NCBI GenBank assembly: GCA_000182565.2
Contig: KQ257453.1
Length of the DNA: 64,000 nucleotides
Strand: one strand, 5' to 3'
Origin: Spizellomyces punctatus DAOM BR117
Taxonomy: Eukaryota
The position numbers and the translations under genes were made by a program. This document shows positions 1 through 11,856 of the stretch, piece by piece. The notes below the pieces were generated by a model that did no database searches, was not told the origin of the DNA, and saw only the letters and a list, made by a program, of their open reading frames with translations. The stretch's first letter is position 1, and each line of letters opens with the position of its first letter.

Positions 1-2037
1 GCAGCGCAGAAGTCTGACGATGACCTGACGCTGCCGACGCTTGCTCACCTGGACGAACTACAAAGTGTGTTGTTGCGAAAGCAAGAGGCCGAAAAACATC
101 AGGCCCTCTTAGGAACATCTGATTCGCTGCTAAACGTGAAGGAGGTCAATCCGTTTGTGGAAGGCACAATGTTCACGAGTGACTCGTTACAGAGCCTCTT
201 GGACGATAAAGGCGCAGATATTCTTGGAAGCTTTCGAACGCCAGGCAAAGCTAGGCGAAAGATTGTGCCTAAGGATGCAACAGCGTTGAGTGGGAGTGGG
301 GCCGGGCCACATCCAGCCAAGAAATATCCTTCTCAGCCAGTAGGGGCTACCATGCCAAAGACACCAGCATCAAGCGGACGCTTTGATAAGACGCTCAACG
401 TTGGAAATTCTCCTGCCTCAGCGCGTTTCTATGGAGCATCTCCTAGCACCCCTAGTGGCAGAGATAGTATACCATTGTCCCCACGGGGACCATCTCCGAA
501 CGCCATAAAGTTTGCGGATAGGCTCAACAAAGCAAAGAAGGAAGAAACTTTAAATGATCATGTACCGATGGTTGCGTCGTCACCCGAAGATCCAGTGAGA
601 TGCGAAATTTCATTAGTTCCAGGCCAGCAAACCAGCGGTTATCGATATATGTACGAGAAGTTGATGGAAAAGGGCGACTACTTGGATGAGCGTATTGATC
701 AATTTGCAGAGCTTATTGTAGAAGCGATTCGTGAAACTCTACCAGAGGAAACCCGAAACGACTTCCAACTGCAGCATCCTGGTGTGCCAAACCAGGATCC
801 GATTATAACCGTTGGCCGAGTCTGTTGCGATTCGTTAGTGGAAAATGCGAAATTGAATGAGCAGTCTATTCTGCTAGAATCATCGCGTGCCATGGGGGCT
901 GGGTGCCGGGTAAAGCTAAACTTGAACGAGATCCCGGGTTTCACGATGTTTCCTGGCCAAATTATTGGTGCGGAGGGAATGAATTCAAGTGGAAGACTAC
1001 TCAACGTGTCCAAACTATACCAGCCACCACATCCTCCTAAAGCAACCTCAACACCGTCACAAATCGTTAATTTCTACTCAGAGGAGGGCACCGTTTCTAA
1101 GCGCCCTGTTAACGTCTTCATCGCGAATGGTCCATATACCCTGGACGACAGTCTGAATTATGAGCCATTTGAAGAGTTTGTGACTCAAATTTCGAAAGAA
1201 GCTCCTGATGTCGTCATACTACAAGGACCTTTTGTCGATGCGTCGCATCCTATGATTGCGCAAGGCGATCTTGACGTTGACATTGATGAGTTATTTCGAG
1301 TGCAGATTTCCTCCCGACTTGAACGTATAATACAGGCAAGGAAGCATCGTTCGACCAAAGTAGTTTTGATCCCTTCCACGCGAGATGCCTGTTCAGAATG
1401 GGTATCCTTCCCTCAACCGTCTCTTGCAGCAGGATTGACTGACCAGGAGTCACGCGAACGTCGTAGAGTGTTGGGCATTCCAGGCGAAGTGATGCTCTTC
1501 CCTAATCCAGTGCAATTTACGATCAACGAAACAGTGTTTGCTTGCTGTAGCACAGACATCCTCTGGCAGATGTGCGCTGAGGAGGTTGCCCGGGTACCGA
1601 AACAGCAGCAAGGGTCGAACGATGCGAATGGGATCTCCAACCACAAGATAACACGCCTGTTCCAACACATGCTGAGCCAAGGAAGCTTCTATCCACTATT
1701 CCCGCCAGCTCTGGACGATGCTTGTTTGGACCTCTCGCGATCAAAAGCGTTGGAACTGCAAGCAACTCCAGACGTCTTAATTGCTGGAAGCAGATTACAG
1801 TATACCGCACGGAAAGTGAACGGTTGCGTATGCATAAATCCAGGATTGCTTGTGAAGGGGCGAGGAGGTGGTACATTTGCCAAGATGTGTATCTGGCCTT
1901 TAGATTTGGATGGAATTAAGACGTTGGTTAAAGAGAAGACTACCGACTCCATGGATGTCGACGGGGAGGATGAAGAAGACATAGCTATCGCCCACGCTGT
2001 TGAAGAAAGATGTAGAGTAGAAATTCAAAGAATTTGA
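1..2037 (+). CDS. POL12: DNA polymerase alpha/primase subunit B (5' truncated by window)
   Basis: Frame open from base 1; motifs YRYMYEKL, VGRVCCDS, FPGQII, GPYT, GPFVD, FPQP, SFYPLFP, CINPG. Confidence 0.95.
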   Translation, partial: AAQKSDDDLTLPTLAHLDELQSVLLRKQEAEKHQALLGTSDSLLNVKEVNPFVEGTMFTSDSLQSLLDDKGADILGSFRTPGKARRKIVPKDATALSGSGAGPHPAKKYPSQPVGATMPKTPASSGRFDKTLNVGNSPASARFYGASPSTPSGRDSIPLSPRGPSPNAIKFADRLNKAKKEETLNDHVPMVASSPEDPVRCEISLVPGQQTSGYRYMYEKLMEKGDYLDERIDQFAELIVEAIRETLPEETRNDFQLQHPGVPNQDPIITVGRVCCDSLVENAKLNEQSILLESSRAMGAGCRVKLNLNEIPGFTMFPGQIIGAEGMNSSGRLLNVSKLYQPPHPPKATSTPSQIVNFYSEEGTVSKRPVNVFIANGPYTLDDSLNYEPFEEFVTQISKEAPDVVILQGPFVDASHPMIAQGDLDVDIDELFRVQISSRLERIIQARKHRSTKVVLIPSTRDACSEWVSFPQPSLAAGLTDQESRERRRVLGIPGEVMLFPNPVQFTINETVFACCSTDILWQMCAEEVARVPKQQQGSNDANGISNHKITRLFQHMLSQGSFYPLFPPALDDACLDLSRSKALELQATPDVLIAGSRLQYTARKVNGCVCINPGLLVKGRGGGTFAKMCIWPLDLDGIKTLVKEKTTDSMDVDGEDEEDIAIAHAVEERCRVEIQRI

Positions 2038-2419
2038 TAGTGTGTTTCATATGTGCCAACCGAGAGAACAATTAAACTGCGGCTGCCAGACTTCCTGATG
2101 TTCCTCGATCAAACATTCTTAAATGTTGCTTATACTCTTTCGTTTCTCGCGGCAGCATACCAGAACCTTGTCGCCAGCGGAGATCAATGACATGCGCTCC
2201 TCCTCTCGACTAGTGACGTGTGGAGAGGCTTCGCAATATGGTTACTAGACGGGGTGTAAAGGAACTCCCGCCGCAGTATTGAAGAATTCAAATGTATAAA
2301 TTGTTCTTTTTTGATATTCATTGGTACTAAACACATATATTTTATGAAAAAAATCAGCTATATCGAACTCTTTGGCATATTTTGGAGAATTACAATCCAT
2401 CAACGCTCAACGCCGGGAT

Positions 2420-3968
2420 CTACCACTTGTATCCCAATTTGCCACCGTCAATGTCCCTGGTCCATTGTGGAGGAGCCTGGTATAAGGCACCCCCAGCTTC
2501 GAGCTGACTCTTCGATTTAGGGTCATAGTAGGGACGTTCTCCGAGTACGACGACACGTTGTGCGTGGCGGGTGTTTGGGTAATAGTCCCAAAGAGCCAGA
2601 TGCTGCGTGGCACGATTGTCCCAGATAGCTACAGAGTTTTTCTCCCAGCGGAAACGGACTTTGATATCTGTTAGCGGGAAGACGTCTGACTTGGTGAGGT
2701 GTTCAGTAAGTGGACAAGGAAAGTTTAGACAGTACCATCACTAGTTGCGATATGGTTGGTGAGGAAATGCAACAATGCATCTGTTATGAACAGACATTAG
2801 ACTGAAAGCTTCCAGGACATCAACGTGTACCCAATCTTACCTGACTCGGCCTTTGTGTATCCCTTGATATGCTTCGTGAATCCAGAGTTCACAAACAGAA
2901 TTTTCCAACCTGTGGTGGGATGAGTGCGAACTAGCAAATTTAAAATGTCAGAGGGGGATCGGGAAAGGTAGAAGACTGGTGAAAATAATCGATATCTTAC
3001 CAACGGGGTGCTCATTTGATTGGACAACGTCCTCCCGACGAAGGTAGACACTCCCAGTTGGATCGCTCTTGGCAGCGAGAAATTGCTACAATAATGGAGG
3101 TTAGACGATATTGAAGTGTGGAATATGGTGCTACACAAGGACGAACCTCTGCATTGTGTAGAGCCGTGAGATGCTCAATGGTATCCCGGAAGGAAGGTGA
3201 CAGTTTGTCGTAAGCGGCATATGTGGAAACCCAAATAGTGTCACCGCCAACGGGAGGAACTTCCAAGAGCTTGAGAATCGCATAGGCGGAGGGAACTTCT
3301 TCGAAAGAAATATCCGTGTGCCATCCATCGCCGGCGTGGATCTTTGAACTGCAGGTGTTAAACCTTTAGACTCGATATACATTGTCGCCATAATAATAAA
3401 AGAGTGAACCACAACATACGCTTCATTAGTCTGGAAAATTTGGGCATCCTCCTTCGCTTCGTCTTTTCGACCGATAGGGTGGACATGAAGCGGCCCTGTA
3501 TAGAGTTCCAAATGAGACGAGTTAAAGTTTGTTCTCTGCTGGATGAGTCAATTTTGGGTTGAGAGCACGCACCCCAGCTTTTCCCCAACTCCTGCTGCTG
3601 GTCGAGGTCGATGTCCTGGTCACGGAAAAAGACAACCCCGCGCTCGCTAACAAGGAGGGCCAGGTCTTCTTTCTGCTGCTCTGTGAGCTGGGACAATTGG
3701 ATACCGTGGAGCTCAGTACCCAACACAGGGGAAAGGTCAACTCTCTTTGTCACGGCATCCAGCAGAGATTTCTTTTGAGGATCAGCTTTCTTTCCGGCGA
3801 GAGCATTCAAAACCTGTAACAAATGAAATTAAGCGCTGCTCTCCAGGAAATTCACCGAATGCTTGGTCTGCTCACTTTGCATGCAGGTTTGAATCGAGCT
3901 TCGGCCTTGGGGTTAACGTGAGCGTGGCTTTGGCCATTGGTGGCTTGAACTGGACCTTCGACTGTCAT
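2420..3968 (-). CDS. TauD/TfdA family Fe(II)/2-oxoglutarate sulfonate dioxygenase (JLP1-like), multi-exon
   Basis: Spliced peptides LSPVLGTELHGIQL, ERGVVFFRDQ, WHTDISFE (HxD), GGDTIW, VRTHPTTGWK, VRFRWEKNSVAIWDNRATQH. Confidence 0.93.
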
Positions 3969-4175
3969 GTTGGGAATGCTTGTAAATACGGCTCGAGAAG
4001 ATGGAGACTGAAGAAAGGGGGCTGGAGTCGCCCGTTTTTTATAATTGTTCCCGTCGTGCGGCCCAGTATCTGATCAAGTAGAATGTTCTTGATGAACCTG
4101 TATTGATAATCAGCAAGGACTTGCCTGATTATCTGGCACATGTTGCAGAAAAGGGGAAAATCAGCCTTCCACCAC

Positions 4176-4964
4176 CTGGCGCCATATTTCCCCGATATGT
4201 TGCTTTCCTCCTCATGTGCCCCCCCCCCCCCCCCCTCTCCCATGCGCAAGTGGTGGCCACCCTGCCAAATATCCTCGGCAACAGAATATGTCGCCATACG
4301 CTTCTTTAATGTCTTTAAGCATTTGTCAGGATGCTTCCCCGTCTTTATCCTGCGCGAACGCCGTGTGCAACTCTAGTAGCGAAACGCGAGCCTAAGCGTG
4401 TGGCGCAGTTGATGGCTCATCGCGCAATCGACTGTTGGGACGTTGAAAATTGTGCCATCTCATCTTGTTCCCCCTCTTTTCCAACCAACGATACGACTTA
4501 CCAGCGTCTTTTTTCTTGTGCATGGATGGGAGGAGACATCCATCCGTGTTTGACACGAACGCACAATCTCATATATCCGTGGATGGCCCATGGACAGGTC
4601 TGGGTCGTTCGTTTTGGGGAGAGGCGAGAATTACGACAATTTGACAATTTCCTTTGGGTAAGATTAGATCTCGAGAAGATTAGAAGCTTTGTGATTTGTC
4701 ATATAGATAATTCAAATATTTGGTGGTACCGTTGGTATACGATGGCGGGATGAACCCCTCGGGACGGTTGAACCTGCAGCGACAGATCCATCCGCCAAAA
4801 CAAAAATTACCCCTTTTGATTGCGCAATAATGGTCAACTGCCTAGAATCCTGCCTCCAGAAGCGCCATTAGTATTATCAACGGAAAACCAAATGATACTT
4901 GGACATCTTGGAAGCGCCTCTGTAAACAGGAACTTGGACACTCTCTTCAGAGGGATTGCACAAT
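4176..4964. promoter_or_regulatory. Cluster of CYS3/MetR-like bZIP 10-mer sites in the divergent promoter
   Basis: CTGGCGCCAT 4176, ATGTCGCCAT 4288, ATCGCGCAAT 4419, ATTGTGCCAT 4449, ATTGCGCAAT 4819, ATTGCACAAT 4955. Confidence 0.5.
4219..4235. repeat. poly(C)17 tract
   Basis: 17 consecutive C. Confidence 0.95.
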
Positions 4965-5096
4965 TTTAGGTTGATCTTGGCGATAAAAACCATCTCTCCT
5001 GGACGGGAGAGTTTCTGGAGTATGTAAAGGCAGCAATGTTTGCCATTTCCCAGCATCAGCCTCGCTTTAAGTCTTCACTTCCTGGCCATTTACACC

Positions 5097-6934
5097 ATGT
5101 CCGACCCCGACAAGACATTAACGCGCCGGGTAGACCTTGCGTTCGACTATACACTCATCGATGATGAGGCCCTTGCCAATCATTACCAGCCGCGCGCAGA
5201 CTATGAAGGTATCTTGGCCATGCTGTACTGCATAACTTACGCATGTACTAATGTGGATTTATAAATCAAGGTCGCCATCGCTGGGATCCTAAAGCGTCAT
5301 GGACTGCCGAGGAAGAGAAGAAGTACGTTGCCTTTCAGTAATGAACTATTTTCAGCTTTGCATTAATTTCCAAATCTGTTTTTTATTCAGACTTGTTCGA
5401 AAGATTGACTTGCGCATTATGCTATTCGTCTGTCTGATGTTCTTTGCTCTACAACTCGACCGCGGCAATATTTCGCAAGCGCTATCGGACAATATGCTCA
5501 AGGATCTCCACTTGACAACAAACGATTTCAACTACGGTCAAACTATCTTTTTCCTCTCATTTCTTTCCGCTGAGCTTCCGTCCCAACTTGTTTCAAAAAA
5601 GCTCGGACCTGACAATTGGATTCCCATTCAAATGGTTTTGTGGTCCGCCGTGGCAATCAGCCAAGCGTGGCTGACTGGCCGTACAACGTTTTTTATCACT
5701 CGGGCATTGCTGGGAATCTTGGAAGGCGGCTTCATCCCGGATGTTGTTCTGTATCTCACGTACTTCTACAAGAGCAACGTAAGCAAAGATGATGGCTTGC
5801 GCACAGTTCAACTGGGTTCTAACATATTCCTCTCATGAATCTTCAGGAATTGCCTATTCGTCTCAGCTGGTTCTGGACTGCGTACACATTAACCAATGTC
5901 GTGTCGGCATTCATGGCTTTCGGAATCCTTCATCTTCGTGGTGTGAATGGCTGGGAAGGATGGCGGTGGCTCTTCTCGCTCGAAGGAGCACTAACCGTTA
6001 TCCTCGGAATTGTTGCTTTCTTTTACCTTCCGCCATCTCCGACTCAAACCGCCAGCAAGTTCCGAGGTAAAGATGGATGGTTCAGCGAACGCGAGGAAGT
6101 CATTATGGTCACCAGAATTCTGCGGGACGACCCATCCAAAGGCGACATGCATAACCGTCAACCTCTTACTCCCCGCAAATTATTTAAGGCCCTCACCGAC
6201 TGGGATATGCTCCCTATTTATATCATTGGCCTGACTTGGTTGATTCCTTCGGCTCCTCCGACTCAGTATCTGACTCTTACACTACGATCCCTGGGCTTTG
6301 ACACGTTTCAAACAAGTCTTCTTACCATTCCGTCGTCCATCCTGTTCATTGGCCAGGTGAGCATTGATTTGCAAGAAATATCGTCCGATGGTATATATGC
6401 TGATCCCTTAATCATTACCAGCTTCTATTCTGGACATGGATCAGCGAGCGGTACAACGAGAAATCTTTGCTGGGAGTGATAGGCCAAGTTTGGCTCATTG
6501 TTCTGTTAGTATCGTTAACGCTACTTCCGGACGAGGCAAACCCTTGGGTTCGTTTCACGATCCTTTCCCTTATTATCGGGTTCCCGTACGTCCATGCCAT
6601 TTTTGTCGCCTGGACATCACGTAATGCCGGGTCCGTTCGAACACGTACTGTGGCTTCTGCACTGTATAACATGACAGTCCAAGCTTCAAACATCATCGCC
6701 TCAAACATCTACCGTGATGACGACAAGCCGCATTATAGGCGAGGAAACAAGATACTTATCGGCATTGCCGTTATGAACATTTTCATTTTCCTCGCCACAA
6801 AGGTGTACTACATCCAGCGGAATAGGTACAGGGAACGAAAGTGGAGTGCGATGTCGAAGGAGGACAAGAAGCATTATCTACAGACAACGACAGACGAAGG
6901 AAATAAGAGATTAGACTTTAGGTTTGCTCATTAA
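5097..6934 (+). CDS. MFS transporter, DAL5/allantoate family, SOA1-like sulfonate/sulfur-compound transporter, multi-exon
   Basis: [51 protein letters not shown]-terminus [13 protein letters not shown]. Confidence 0.88.
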
Positions 6935-7483
6935 AGAGCGTCAGATGGGTGGGTGGGCGGAGATGTAATTGTTACTGAATATATATACATAGGATTGCTG
7001 TATGGGAATACAATCACATTGTCAAATCTCCAGTCCTTTTATAAATAAGCGCCCAGGATCGCTATCTACCGGCTGGACCATGTCACACGTTCTTGACGGG
7101 CACGTCCCGCATCAAGCATTCCGCCTATAGCGGAGCACAGGAACATATCACAATAAGGAAGCAGAACAGCTTGGATGATAGCAGTGCGACTCAACTGACT
7201 GGCAGTCATAAACCTCCCGGTGGAGTGCGGACGTCTGGATCACTGGGTATATTTCAGTATGCTGTCTTTTATCCTTTTGTATCTTGTCTTGTCCAGTTGA
7301 ACTCCGTCGGTCGCTGCCCTTCGCCACGCTTTGTCAGCAAAGGCACGTGCCTATTGCCGACTGCGCTTCAATCGCTTGCCACGCCGCACACAACTAACTT
7401 TTCCATTGTCTTCCAACATCTTCGTCCATTCAGGCTGCTGAGATTTCCGACACACACCAATCTATTAACGGCCTCCTGTAGAG

Positions 7484-8409
7484 ATGTCTGCACCAGGTTT
7501 CTCATTTTTCTCAACCTCCCCCGCGTCCTCTATGCGGTGGGACAATCTCAAAATGAACCTTTCACCAAGCATCCAGCATCATGTCCGCAACGTCTATACG
7601 AATCTGGCGGTCATGCTCGCTATATCCTCTCTAGGTGCTTATCTGAATATGTCTGGGATTATCAGAGGGGGAACTTGGAGCTTGGTTGGGTGTATGGGCA
7701 CACTGAGTAAGTGAAAGTCGGATGGTACAAGCTGTTGTGAACGTCTTTAACTATGCCTGGTGTTCAGTTGCATTTTCCTTAACGCCGCCTAATCCAAGTA
7801 ACGAGAATTGGAGAAAGTATCTCTTATACGGGTTCGCCTTGTCCAAAGTAAGCATGCGAGGAACCGTGCTGTAATCAGGATGTCGTTGCTGACTTGGTGT
7901 TTCAGGGTCTATCGCTTGGTCCTCTACTTTCGTTCTCCCTATACGTTAACCCTGGGACTGTCTTCACTGCTCTTCTGGGCACTTGTCTGATCTTTGCCTG
8001 CTTCAGTTTAAGTGTGCTGACCGCTCCAAGTCGAAATGTTTTGTACACCCGCGGCCTGCTTTCCACTGCGGCAATGCTACTGGCGGGGCTTGGTCTTTTG
8101 AATATCTTTGTGGGCTCAAAAGCGATTTTTAATGTAGAGCTATATCTTGGCCTGATGGTATTTGCTGGTTATGTAGTGTATGATACGCAGCTGATGATTG
8201 CAAAGGTAAGGTTCTTCATGCAACGGTTAGTGAACTAGACGATAAAAGCTCACAGCATGATAAAGGCCGAATTAGGGTCCAGAGATTATCTTCGCCATTC
8301 GATGGAACTATATGTGGATTTAGTAGCAATATTTGTTAGAGTTCTATTAATTCTCAACAAAAGAGCAGAAGAGAAGGACAAACGTAAGCGGAACGAGAAG
8401 CGGAGGTGA
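7484..8409 (+). CDS. Bax inhibitor-1 (TMBIM6-like) membrane protein, multi-exon
   Basis: [52 protein letters not shown] and basic C-terminal tail. Confidence 0.9.
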
Positions 8410-8698
8410 AGGGCGGGTCTCGACATTGACGTAGTGAATGGAAACAAACGTAGTGGCTAGCGTTCCATGTTTAGATGATTTATTGGATTTTAATTTTAAC
8501 AAGCTTAACTTCCAGGTCATTGTGCTCCAGCTTGGAGCAATATCTCTTTCCACACTTAATAGATTCCCAACAATTTGTCGCGAGACTGTACAGTCGCTGT
8601 CGAATTTCACCCTTAGTCAGAAACCTTGGACAATGGCACGTACGAACAAAATACGGTAAACAATCGCCAAGGGGAAACATGACTGCAGAAATTCCAAT

Positions 8699-9260
8699 TC
8701 ATTCCTTCTTCAGAGCTCCCCCGCCAGCATCCGGAGTCTCCCCCTGATCTTCAATGAATGCCACCACAACATACGCAAATACAACCAGGTTTGCGACGAT
8801 CACTGCAGCCATCGCGCTGTAGTTCGAGTTACCTGACAGATAATGTTGGTCAGCGCGACCTCCTACGAACGATGCTTGCCTAGATATGCGAGGCACGTAC
8901 CATTGAAAATAGTCCTGAGAGTATAAAAGTAGGTAGCAATTGGGAGGGAAAATAGGAGGAAAGAGAAGATCAGGAGCTTAGCGATCACAGCTCTGGTGAA
9001 GTAAGGTTGAGTTGGGGTTACGAGCCAAACAATGCGCAACAAAAACTCACGGTGGAATTACCGCGCGCGACGGTGTCGGAGGAGCCTTCTTCACGGTTGA
9101 AGGCGCTTCGGAAGGGACCTTTTCCTCCGTACTCTTCACTGGTCGTTGTCGAACTTCTGACATTTTTGGGGGGACCGCGATCTTTCAGAGATGGGTGGAA
9201 GATGACGACGAGACCCCTAGAACCAAAGCCCAACGCACTGGAACCGGATCCACTCGACAT
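8699..9260 (-). CDS. VMA21: V-ATPase assembly factor Vma21, 3 exons (start uncertain)
   Basis: AVIAKLLIFSFLLFSLPIATYF, SAMAAVIVANLVVFAYVVVAFIED, C-terminal dilysine ER motif LKKE. Confidence 0.85.
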
Positions 9261-9365
9261 ACGGCCTCGCCAGGAGGCACATCGAGTGTACCGTTTTCCG
9301 TAGCCAGCGGCTTCCCCCATCTTTCGCAACCTGCTGCGACTACTTTTACTATCACGTTTTCAACA

Positions 9366-10596
9366 ATGGCAGACCACAATGAATCGTCAGAGGACCTTGC
9401 CCCTACCCAGACGGCAGGATACAAACCGCCAGAAAAGAAAACTGTCGCGGAGCTCGCGCAACTAGATGCACAAGATGGTGAGTCGCAATTGGAAACGCCA
9501 AAAGTAACTTGGTTCATAAAAGGAGCAGACGAAACTATGGTGGCACGTATATGTATGGAAGTCATTCCCGGACCATACTTGTGCTGCTTTAGTGCTGCGC
9601 CAATTTGGTGTGCGTGGACATTTGGAGGGATGGCTGGACTTGTGCGAAGGGTTTGCCACATTTGGTTCTGTCGACACTCACCACGGCGTTCTTTTTCACC
9701 CCACAGAATCTTTGCGAAAGTGGAAAGAGAGTCTAGGTCTGAAAACTGGTATGTTTATGGTGACTAAGCGCGTCGCCCTACCCAGTCATATACTCAAAAG
9801 TATTCTTCGAGCAGAAGCGGCGGGTCCCGTCGATGATCCCCGCAAAGTCGTAGTTCTCTCCTTGGGGATGGAAAGTCCAGGGCGGCCCGATGTCAGCGTA
9901 GACCTCTCAACGGCTGGTTGGTTACATGGCGTTCCAGAAGGATTTCATCTTAAATTGGGCTTATCTAACGCGTCGTAATGATCTAATCTTGTCTACTAGA
10001 CGCGATCGCAAAGTTGAAAGACCAGCAGATGACCATAAAGGAAGGTGTCGAGTACCGACTCAAGGTCAAGTTCAAGGTGCAACACGATGTCGTGTCCGGT
10101 TTGAAATATTTGCATGTTGTTAAGCGCAAGGGAATCAGAGGTCAGACTCCTATGTATGGAAATCGAGCCTTAAAGCTGAAAACTGACTTTGTGAGTGGAA
10201 AATAGTGGATAAAATGGAGGAGATGCTGGGATCCTACGGCCCCGCTGCTGAACCATATGAAAAGAAGGTACGAATGGCATCTCGTCAGGTATTAGTAAGT
10301 TGACATTTGGGAAGCTAAAGGTCCATCTTACCTGGCTAGTTCTTGACGGAAGAGGCTCCAAGTGGCATGCTTGCCCGTGGGCACTACGAAGTAAAGGTGC
10401 AGAACCGTGAACGCCAATCAATTCCGTGAGCATTCACTGACCACATCTACACTCATTAGAGCAAGTTTGTGGATGACGATGGCACATCTCATCTTGAATG
10501 GTCATGGGTAAGACTTCGATATAGAGTATGTAGCTTGGATTTCAGACTAATGGGTCTTCACTTCAGTCTTTTGACATTAAGAAAGAATGGGATTAA
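9366..10596 (+). CDS. RDI1: Rho GDP-dissociation inhibitor, multi-exon
   Basis: GYKPPEKKT, DESLRKWKESL, IKEGVEYRLKVKFKVQHDVVSGLKY, EEMLGSYGP, EEAPSGMLARG, SFDIKKEWD. Confidence 0.95.
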
Positions 10597-10855
10597 GAAT
10601 TTGTCCAATGCATCCCTACGTGCGATCGATAGTGCTCAGTTAGCCATGTACACCAGAAATGTATCCTATCGTTTATAAAATGACTGGCATCACACCATGA
10701 CGATGGCTTCGCAGGAGAATGACTCTGCATTTCTGACATCCTGCTGAATGGCGCTATCCAAGAGGTCGGCGCCAGTCCCTTCAATAGGAGATGCCGGACG
10801 CGACAGGAGTTATGGCTTGGTATGAGTTTGCCTTTATTTTACAATTTCCTCGAGC

Positions 10856-11369
10856 TCATGCCAAACCCAACCATTGCGGCACCTCCCCAATTTCATTCGC
10901 CTCATCCAGTTCGTCATGTCCCTAATGATCCAATATCAGTTCAGTCCGTAACACATTGGAAGCACTAATAACAACGCTCAATCGGATGGCATACATACCC
11001 CTTTATATTCCCCATCTACAAATATCTGTGGCAGTGTGTTTTTTCCACTTTTTCTATACATGTAATCTTTCGCATCCCTTTTAAACGATGAATGCAGAGA
11101 TCAGCCCGGACAACCCTCCTGGATCGGGTACTGGCCAGCACTATCCCATCATGATGCATGTAGCGTACTTACTCATCCGCTGCAACGTCCACCATTTCGT
11201 ACTCAACTTTCCGTGCCGCGAGAATGTCCTGAACCCGAGTTTGCTGTTTCTTCACCTATGAACAACGATATCTGCGTTATACATTGTCGATTGACAAAAG
11301 GAATGCACAAACACAAACCTGCAGAGCCCCCGACACGGAGGAGTAATATATCGTGACTCTTGGAGCCAT
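10856..11369 (-). CDS. SH3BGR/glutaredoxin-like thioredoxin-fold small protein, 4 exons
   Basis: Spliced MAPRVTIYYSSVSGALQVKKQQTRVQDILAARKVEYEMVDV...LPQIFVDGEYKGGHDELDEANE; no CxxC. Confidence 0.85.
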
Positions 11370-11856
11370 CTTGTTTCGCGGATGTCGCAGCGATGTTTGT
11401 TGAGGAAAGTTGCTGCCGCGTCTGCTTAGGTGACCCATCCCTCCTTGTTGCCATAGCGTAGACCTGCCACCCAGACTGCCTTCTTTCAGTTCACTTCCAT
11501 TTGGATTGCGTTTCACTGGCAAAAAGGTTCGTTTTCTTGGACATAGACTAAACTCGTTGAGGGTGGGAGGGGCGAAGGGTGACATGGGCAAGAGCTCCTT
11601 GGGAGGGTGAAAACGCAAAGCAAACGCGGGGAACACCTCACAAAATGCATATATCTGAATACATTTGTAAAGATTTTAAGAAATTCATCCTCTACCCTTC
11701 TCTGTTCACATTCAGTTTGATCGTATTTGCCGTGCAGTCCTCCATTGGAGCCACTGCCACTCCCTAGTTCGTGGCCGTGGGGTGGCCGTCGAGGATCGTG
11801 TGGATGTGTCCGTACAAAATTTGTGAACTCTCGGTTTTTCTTTACTGTGAATCACG

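Noticed and set aside
2407-2613. ORF-track frame as the TauD C-terminus
   Set aside because: The true exon is in another frame (IWDNRATQH...GYKW) ending at 2420
7093-7710. 205-aa ORF in the track upstream of BI-1
   Set aside because: Non-ATG start, overlaps BI-1 exon 1 in another frame, no protein motifs
7775-7783. TTCCTTAAC U12-like branch sequence in the BI-1 gene
   Set aside because: Falls in an exon (AFSLTPP) just after a normal GT-AG intron; no U12 donor upstream
9478-9706. Unusually long first intron of RDI1 with a possible hairpin (snoRNA host?)
   Set aside because: No convincing H/ACA or C/D boxes in the proper positions
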